Source: a virus. Taken from it: a stretch of 64,000 nt of DNA. Location of the stretch: the IMG/VR virus record IMGVR_UViG_3300014656_000018, positions 34,119-98,118 of that record. One strand, given 5' to 3'. Positions 58,313 through 64,000 of this stretch are shown piece after piece (positions within the stretch are counted from its first letter, which is position 1; each line of letters begins with the position of its first letter). Both the position numbers and the translations under genes were made by a program. The notes beneath the pieces are model-generated. The model was given only the letters and a program-made list of their open reading frames with translations, made no database searches and had not been told where the DNA came from.

Positions 58313-59192
58313 GACGGGATGTCCCATTGGGTGCAAGTACTGCATGGCGACCATGGTCAGGTCCCGTGCAGCCCAATGGGCTGCTGGGAACAGGATTGGT
58401 GTGAATCGGTCCTGTTCATTCATCAATCGACTTCCCGGAGAAACTGCCCTCCGGGATTGGGTGAATCCTGGGATGTTTGCAGGGGACGTCCTTGGGTTCC
58501 AAGGGATCACTGATCCCCTGCTGCCCATATTCCAGGAGGATCTCTCCTGGCTGATCTCGACTGTGGCCAGCAGTCGGATCAGGAAGCTGATGCTGGCTAC
58601 CAAATTTCCACGCCACAATGCGTTAGCAGGACTGGCATCTCTCAAAGAGAAGGCGCTGCTGGTGGTTTCGATCACCGGGCTGGACAGCCTGGAGAAAATC
58701 ACCAGCAGGAAGAGGATCGAGCTGGCGGCAGCTGCTCAGGGGATGGGGATACCCACGATAGCTGCGGCACACCCCTGGATTGAGGGGGTATCTGACCCGG
58801 AGATATTCCAGCAAATCTCTGAAGCCGGGGTTCGGCAGGTCGTAGTAAAAGGGTTCCGCTACGACCCATGCTTTGAAACATGGGCCCCTTCTAACATTCC
58901 CGCCGCTGCACTCTCGGTCTACAGGGAGGCGGGAAATAATGAGACGCTGCTCGGCTCTCCCAAGCAGCTGGCAATAGAGGCGGGCCTGGAGCTGGTAGAT
59001 TTGAAATCTATCGCCCAGGCCCCAAACGGGATACGAGGAGTAACTACTGAGGAAGCTGCTGAATCTGTTAGACAGATGAGGCAGCTGGGGGTGGTTGTCT
59101 CCTCCTCTTCCCCAGAAAAAGTATGGAAGGAAGTACAGACCCGCCGCATTCAGGGTGGTCTATACTTCCGAGGAGGAAGAGATGTTCTTTGA
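58305..59192 (+). CDS. SPL-like radical SAM protein
   Basis: CPIGCKYC (CxxxCxxC), TDP, ATK, VSITG...LE....RI, HPWI.GV, KGFR. Confidence 0.8.
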   Translation: MFETGCPIGCKYCMATMVRSRAAQWAAGNRIGVNRSCSFINRLPGETALRDWVNPGMFAGDVLGFQGITDPLLPIFQEDLSWLISTVASSRIRKLMLATKFPRHNALAGLASLKEKALLVVSITGLDSLEKITSRKRIELAAAAQGMGIPTIAAAHPWIEGVSDPEIFQQISEAGVRQVVVKGFRYDPCFETWAPSNIPAAALSVYREAGNNETLLGSPKQLAIEAGLELVDLKSIAQAPNGIRGVTTEEAAESVRQMRQLGVVVSSSSPEKVWKEVQTRRIQGGLYFRGGRDVL

Positions 59193-60339
59193 TGCGGCTG
59201 CGTCAGCACAGCCCCGGCCCACGGTAATGGAAGCCGTCATGGCCTTCATGGTCATGTACGGCTCCATCCATCGTGGAGCCGGAGAAAGGTCCAAGGAATC
59301 TTCCCGGGCGTATGAAGAAGCCCGGGAAGAGGTAAAACAGTTCCTCAAGGCCACCGACGAAGATGCCGTCGTGCAGGTGGCCAACACAACAGACGGCATC
59401 AACAGGTTGGCCCAGATATTGGCCCCCCAGCTGGGGGGTGGCTCGGTGTTGGTTAGTGACATCGAGCATTCAGCGAATGACCTCCCCTGGCGCCGGGTGG
59501 CCAGGGTAAGAAGATTTGAAACACCCAACTTCAAAATAACAGCGGAGAGTGTTGATCTGGCACTCTCCGCCAACAGTGACATTCGCCTTGTGGCCGTAGC
59601 TGGGGCGAGTAACATCACGGGACAGATCGTGGATGCAGGGGCAATCCATGAGGTCTGTCAAAGGCACAACGTGCCCCTATTCTTCGACTGCTCCCAGCGG
59701 GCGGCTCATGCCGAGTGCTCGCTGAGGGACTGCGAGATGCTGGCCTTCTCCGGACACAAGATCGGAGCACCTTTCGGTGCAGGAATTTTGGCGGGAAGAA
59801 GGTCCCTTCTGGAGACCTCCCACCCGTACGTGGGTGGAGGATCGGTGGTGTATACCACCGATGACAAGGAGTACCACAAACCTGCCCCGGAAGGGATGGA
59901 GGTGGGTACTCCAAATGGTGGCGGGATGGTAGCGGTAGCTGCCGCATGTAGAGAGATCATGCGGCAGGGTTACTCTGCCATCCGGGAGCACGACCGTGCA
60001 GTGGAGGGGTGGTACAGGCAGTACATGCCCCTCCATGAGCTGGACGTGTGGTTCCTGGAGGGAACCACACTGGTGTTCAGGCCCAGGGAGGGGTCTGCGA
60101 AGCAGCTCTCCGAGCGCCTGGGTAGGCTCGGAGTCGAGCACCGCTTTGGGGCCTTCTGCGTGTATGGCGCAGTAGCCCGGAAGATGGGTGTTGACAGGGA
60201 GTCAGTGGAACAGGAAGTTCTGCTGACAGGAAAGTTACCAAAGGAGTTCGGTGCTCTCAGATTGAGCGCCGAGCATTTTGTGGGTCAGGACACGGTAGCG
60301 GAAGCTGCCCTGTGCCTGAGTATGGCTGTGAAAGAGTGA
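59182..60339 (+). CDS. Cysteine desulfurase-like class V PLP enzyme (SufS-like)
   Basis: FDAAAS, HRG, NTT..IN, EH.AN..PW, ASNITG, D.SQ, SGHK (PLP Lys), GTPN, RFGAFC (catalytic Cys position); ATG 59182 after GGAGG. Confidence 0.9.
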   Translation: MFFDAAASAQPRPTVMEAVMAFMVMYGSIHRGAGERSKESSRAYEEAREEVKQFLKATDEDAVVQVANTTDGINRLAQILAPQLGGGSVLVSDIEHSANDLPWRRVARVRRFETPNFKITAESVDLALSANSDIRLVAVAGASNITGQIVDAGAIHEVCQRHNVPLFFDCSQRAAHAECSLRDCEMLAFSGHKIGAPFGAGILAGRRSLLETSHPYVGGGSVVYTTDDKEYHKPAPEGMEVGTPNGGGMVAVAAACREIMRQGYSAIREHDRAVEGWYRQYMPLHELDVWFLEGTTLVFRPREGSAKQLSERLGRLGVEHRFGAFCVYGAVARKMGVDRESVEQEVLLTGKLPKEFGALRLSAEHFVGQDTVAEAALCLSMAVKE

Positions 60340-60367
60340 GCACAGTGTGATCACATGGCACGGAATA

Positions 60368-60530
60368 CAACCATGTCAGAGTTTGAGGTAATCCAGGCCT
60401 TGTGGCCGTGCTGCACGCAGTGGTGGAAACGACCACAGCATCTGGGAAGCTCGTAATTGAGCAACGGCCCGAAAGGGACGGAATGCTGCGTAAAGATGCA
60501 CGGAAGTGGTTTGAGGGGAGGACATGGTTG
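60368..60530 (+). ncRNA. Candidate multi-stem structured RNA (family unknown)
   Basis: Nested complementarity: CAACCATGTC/GACATGGTTG, CCGTGC/GCACGG, ACGCA/TGCGT, GTGGT/ACCAC, GCAT/ATGC, GCTC/GAGC, CCC-GAAA-GGG. Confidence 0.55.
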
Positions 60531-60560
60531 GGAGAAGAGGATTTCCTCTTCTCTTTAGCT
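60531..60560 (+). terminator. Hairpin terminator
   Basis: GAGAAGAGG-ATTT-CCTCTTCTC then TTTAGCT. Confidence 0.75.
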
Positions 60561-60582
60561 AGCAAAATACATCTCAGAATTA

Positions 60583-60598
60583 GGTATAAGAATATTGA
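60583..60598 (+). promoter_or_regulatory. GGTATAAGAATATTGA promoter-like motif
   Basis: Copy of the 57086 motif, upstream of the 60631 gene. Confidence 0.65.
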
Positions 60599-60630
60599 AG
60601 GAGAAACCTATTCACTGAAAAGGAGGTGAT

Positions 60631-60897
60631 ATGTTCTCCCTACTACTTGGTGTCTTCATGCCAGCCCTGACATCAGGGCTAGCGCTGGTCGCCTCTTCCC
60701 GGCTGATACCAAAGCCGGAGGAGGTGATTCGGGCTCTCTCCCCGTTTGGGGACGAGGAGGTACCGATCTTTTTGAATGAATCAGACGCTGCCAAGTGTTT
60801 CATGTACCTGGCAGCGGGGAGGGGGCCCGAGTGGGGCCCCGAGGCGGAGGAAATAAGAAAAAGGTCAGAGGCCCGAAAAAAGAAGCTGGGCCTCTGA
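60631..60897 (+). CDS. Hypothetical protein with hydrophobic N-terminus
   Basis: AGGAGGTG RBS. Confidence 0.7.
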   Translation: MFSLLLGVFMPALTSGLALVASSRLIPKPEEVIRALSPFGDEEVPIFLNESDAAKCFMYLAAGRGPEWGPEAEEIRKRSEARKKKLGL

Positions 60898-60902
60898 TGA
60901 CA

Positions 60903-60933
60903 GGAGAAGAGGAAAGCACTCTTCTCTTTAGCT
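60903..60933 (+). terminator. Hairpin terminator, near-copy of 60531-60560
   Basis: GGAGAAGAG-GAAAGCA-CTCTTCTC-TTTAGCT. Confidence 0.7.
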
Positions 60934-60951
60934 TTAATTAGGAGACGAATA

Positions 60952-61215
60952 ATGGAGCCAAAAAAGACAGTCGCCAGATGGTTCCGGTCGGAAGATGAAG
61001 ATCTTCCGACCATGACCGAGGAACAGTGGGCGTGGGAGGAGTATGAAATCCGGGGGGAGGTGTGGAGGACCCCGGATGCGTGGGGAGACTGGTGGGGTAC
61101 AGACCCATCTCCCTTAAATACTATGCCGGGAAGGAAATTCTCCAAAATCTCGGCAGAAGAGCTTGCCGAGATGGAGAAGGTCATTGAAATCCCCCCCAAA
61201 GATTGGTGGGATTGA
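60952..61215 (+). CDS. Acidic Trp-rich hypothetical protein
   Basis: AGGAG RBS. Confidence 0.65.
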   Translation: MEPKKTVARWFRSEDEDLPTMTEEQWAWEEYEIRGEVWRTPDAWGDWWGTDPSPLNTMPGRKFSKISAEELAEMEKVIEIPPKDWWD

Positions 61216-61216
61216 A

Positions 61217-61471
61217 ATGCTGGCAAAAATAAAGCTGGAGCTGGAAAGGGTTTCAGACCCCAACCAGCCACCTATCTTTGCAGACGGGGCCGGATATGTC
61301 CATGAGGCAATTGATATATCCGGAGGCGACGCAGGATGGGGTGATCCGGAGTGGATCATCACAGTCCATCCGGAGAAATTCTTAATAATACTGCAGTCCC
61401 TACCGGATAAGTCCGGTGAGGACTGTATAACAGTGGCCGCAGTGGCCGCAGGGGTAGAAGGTTTTCAATGA
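61217..61471 (+). CDS. Hypothetical protein
   Basis: Start moved to ATG 61217, immediately after the previous stop. Confidence 0.55.
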   Translation: MLAKIKLELERVSDPNQPPIFADGAGYVHEAIDISGGDAGWGDPEWIITVHPEKFLIILQSLPDKSGEDCITVAAVAAGVEGFQ

Positions 61472-61473
61472 TC

Positions 61474-61644
61474 TCAGAATCGTCCCTTTGCCTGAAAGAC
61501 CAAGAAGGTCTTCAGGATGGCTCGCTCATAGCGGGTCAGGGACGATTCTTTTAGCTCAGAGGTAAAGAAGTGTTCAAACTTCTTTATCCGCTCCTCTACT
61601 TGATCCAATATATCTTTGTCACTGAGTGATGTTTCATTCTCCAT
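61474..61644 (-). CDS. 56-aa hypothetical protein (not in ORF track)
   Basis: MENETSLSDKDILDQVEERIKKFEHFFTSELKESSLTRYERAILKTFLVFQAKGRF fills the gap exactly; no clear RBS. Confidence 0.5.
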   Translation of the reverse strand: MENETSLSDKDILDQVEERIKKFEHFFTSELKESSLTRYERAILKTFLVFQAKGRF

Positions 61645-61672
61645 GTGGTGAATATATAAAGAGAGGAAAGAT

Positions 61673-62359
61673 GTGTCAAGCTACATAATAGGAGAGCTGG
61701 AAGAACTATATTCCGAAGAGTTGATTATAGGAGTAGATGAGGCAGGAGTCGGATCTTTAGCCGGACCTATGACAGCGGCTGCAGTCATAATGGATCCCAT
61801 GAACCTGGGGAATGGTATCAAGGACTCAAAAAAGGTAAGTGGACATAAGAGAGTCAGGCTGGGGGAAATGATAAAAGAGAAAGCATTATATATTGGGACA
61901 TGTCTGATAAGTCACCTAGAGGTAGATTCCCTTGGGATGAGGAGGGCCAGCGACAGAGTAAAAAGCAGAGCAGCTCAGCAAGTGCTGGACCAGCTCGCCA
62001 TAGATGGTGTCACCATGAGACCTATAGTTCTGGTTGATGGTGAGCTTTTTATCTCCGGGCTCAGAAAGGTAAGGCAGTATCCATATCCCAAGGGGGAGAG
62101 CAGAAGCTGGAACATCGCTGCTGCATCGATCATAGCCACAAACACATATGAGGAATGGATACATGAGGTAGCAGAGGAAAGATGGCCAAGGTATGGGTTC
62201 AGCTACCACAAAGGGTATGGTACCAGAGAGCATATGGAAAAGCTGTTGATGTATGGTCCTTGTCCTATCCACAGAAGGTGTCTTTCACCTATCAGGGAAC
62301 TTCTGGGTGAGGATAAAAAAATACCACACAGCAGAGTAGACAGACTATCTTCCAGGTAA
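61673..62359 (+). CDS. rnhB: Ribonuclease HII
   Basis: GVDEAG.GSLAGP, DSKK, VDG, IAAASII, HKGYGT..H, GP.PIHR. Confidence 0.93.
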   Translation: MSSYIIGELEELYSEELIIGVDEAGVGSLAGPMTAAAVIMDPMNLGNGIKDSKKVSGHKRVRLGEMIKEKALYIGTCLISHLEVDSLGMRRASDRVKSRAAQQVLDQLAIDGVTMRPIVLVDGELFISGLRKVRQYPYPKGESRSWNIAAASIIATNTYEEWIHEVAEERWPRYGFSYHKGYGTREHMEKLLMYGPCPIHRRCLSPIRELLGEDKKIPHSRVDRLSSR

Positions 62360-62454
62360 ACACTGTATAATGCAGGGAAATCGATGCCAATGTGGAGGCT
62401 GCATATTCATAACAGTCCTAGCTACTCGACCAACCAGTCTGTAGGGACAGAACT

Positions 62455-63243
62455 GTGAAACATCTGATTGTTAAGAGTGAGGGACCAATAAAGCTAGTTG
62501 ATTATTTCTTTGAGCACGAGTGTTTTGTCTGGATGAGGATGGAAGGACATGGAATTGAAGAGTGTGGAGAAGATTCGTTCGGTGAAGACCCAAAGTGGTT
62601 GGCAATAGAAAGAAGTGAGAATCCGCTAAGTGCTATGTTGGAGAAAGAGTGGTGTTTTGGCTGCAAAGAAGATGAGGATGGGTGGATGCAAAGCCATGGA
62701 GATGTAATATGGCTTTTGCATAGAGGAATTGCTCCGTATCAGCCGTTTCTGGTTAGAATTCGACCGCCAGAGTATTCGAAGACATGGACCGACTGCGGGT
62801 ATGAGTACGATGTGGAGTACGATACAGAGATTGTCTTCGTCAAAAGATGGAAGGAACATACAATTCTTCGAGCATGGAACCGACTGTATAGTATGGAAGT
62901 TGAGGCGGATGTACAGCTCAGAAAGGTAATTGAAGAATTTAGAAGAAAGCAGAGAACAGACATAGATGCTCTGTATCTTCAAAGAAGCGTTTACTTCTCA
63001 CGTCATATAAGCCTCTATGATGATATGGCTATGCCAGATGGAGTAAGAATTACGCTCTGTTCTGAGTGGTGTTATCATTTCCAAGAAAAGCGAAAAAGGA
63101 ATGTTGGTGCTTTTCTTATAAGTGGAGATGATGATAATGGGGACTGGAAGGTAGCAATGGAGCGTCTTATAAAGAAGGCGTTGAACCTTCCAGATCTTAC
63201 TGAAGAGATAATCCGAAATATAAGAACCTGCAACAGTATGTAG
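62455..63243 (+). CDS. Hypothetical protein
   Basis: 262-aa ORF with no recognised motif. Confidence 0.65.
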   Translation: MKHLIVKSEGPIKLVDYFFEHECFVWMRMEGHGIEECGEDSFGEDPKWLAIERSENPLSAMLEKEWCFGCKEDEDGWMQSHGDVIWLLHRGIAPYQPFLVRIRPPEYSKTWTDCGYEYDVEYDTEIVFVKRWKEHTILRAWNRLYSMEVEADVQLRKVIEEFRRKQRTDIDALYLQRSVYFSRHISLYDDMAMPDGVRITLCSEWCYHFQEKRKRNVGAFLISGDDDNGDWKVAMERLIKKALNLPDLTEEIIRNIRTCNSM

Positions 63244-63307
63244 GAGGTGTAATGTTCAATCGACGCAATCCGAGGCTAACCTGTGATCTCCTGCCGGGAG
63301 GTGCCTG

Positions 63308-64000
63308 ATGCGCTCGCCATGCTCCCTCTGCCTGCCCGACCCATCGTCCCCCGACTGCCAGGGGTGCCCGGACCTCCCGATGGCGGTCTCGCCCGCCGAC
63401 CTGCTCCGCTTCGAGGCGGCCGTCGGTCGGCTCCGCTCGCTGCCGAGCCGGGAGCAGGAGCTACGGGCGCGGGCTGAGCGGGCAGAGGCTGAGGTGGCCA
63501 AGATGCAAAAGGCAGCAGTAGGGGATGCATCCAGTACACCAGAAGAATCCATGGTTGCCCGGATGGCTGAAATGCATAATGCGGTCGAGTCCGAGCAGAC
63601 ACGTTGGCAGTGTGTTATTTATGAGCATCTTTGCAACAGTCTTCCGGATGGCTGCCTAGATACCTGTATCGATGGTGGTGGCTGTGATAGCAGCGACCCG
63701 TTAGAATTTACGACATCAGAAATAAGCTGTGCAATTACCGCTTGGGCTTCCCAAGCCGAGCGGGCGGAGAGGCAGTTGGCGGAGGCACACTACGAGATCG
63801 ACCGGCTCAAGCCCCGATGGGGTCTGCTGGATCTGTTAGCCGAGGCCCGTCGTATGGCCGGGGAGCAATGGCAGCGGGCATGGATAGCCGAGGAGAAATA
63901 CCGCTGGATGGTCGAGCATGCAGCCGACCAGCGGTTGGATGGCTACCGAGAACTCGGGGACCGGGCAGCCTGCGCTGAAAATGCGCGCGACGCAGCCATC
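63308..64000 (+). CDS. Mosaic Ead/Ea22-like coiled-coil protein (runs off window; not in ORF track)
   Basis: GGGAGGT RBS; MRSPCSLCLPDPSSPDCQGCP...RAERAEAE...AERAERQL...; open to 64000. Confidence 0.65.
   Translation, partial: MRSPCSLCLPDPSSPDCQGCPDLPMAVSPADLLRFEAAVGRLRSLPSREQELRARAERAEAEVAKMQKAAVGDASSTPEESMVARMAEMHNAVESEQTRWQCVIYEHLCNSLPDGCLDTCIDGGGCDSSDPLEFTTSEISCAITAWASQAERAERQLAEAHYEIDRLKPRWGLLDLLAEARRMAGEQWQRAWIAEEKYRWMVEHAADQRLDGYRELGDRAACAENARDAAI

Noticed and set aside
59182-60339. Dnd/Ssp phosphorothioation system (DndA-like)
   Set aside because: No PAPS-reductase (DndC/SspD) or DndD/E genes nearby, and the enzyme looks SufS-like.
60402-60629. 75-aa ORF in the track
   Set aside because: No RBS; it runs through the structured region, terminator and promoter motif.
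60894-60920. Hammerhead ribozyme (CTGATGA...GAAA)
   Set aside because: No stem II between the motifs; CTGATGA comes from tandem stop codons and GAAA is a terminator loop.

Overview
The window looks like part of a large lytic tailed phage genome (myovirus-like, possibly jumbo). No integrase, rRNA, tRNA or CRISPR array is visible. Layout: (i) 1-4.7 kb, minus strand: a >1200-aa tandem-repeat virion protein that runs off the window and is absent from the ORF track, plus a protein rich in K-x-A motifs. (ii) 4.9-21.4 kb, plus strand: a replication/recombination operon (SF2 helicase, family-4 UDG, DUF932, DnaB-like helicase, primase, SSB, TopoVI-A-like TOPRIM protein, family A polymerase, RecA-like protein, two resolvase-like nucleases, Cas4-like exonuclease). 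(iii) 21.5-56.7 kb, minus strand: a late region (membrane/lysis genes, tail fibre, large baseplate proteins, gp25-like wedge, hub-like and tape-measure-like proteins) that also contains a sigma-70 factor and a LigD-phosphoesterase/ATP-dependent ligase fusion. (iv) 56.8-64 kb, plus strand: accessory cassettes bounded by a recurring GGTATAAG promoter-like motif and hairpin-TTTA[GC]CT terminators. Best leads: (1) a shared K-x-A leader/processing signal plus a shared 16-aa basic motif, suggesting the ligase, sigma factor and other proteins are packaged, protease-matured and ejected; (2) a GC-rich operon of two paralogous radical-SAM-like genes (one apparently circularly permuted) and a cysteine desulfurase, followed by a ~165-nt multi-stem candidate ncRNA. 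All assignments come from motif recognition by eye; no searches were run.
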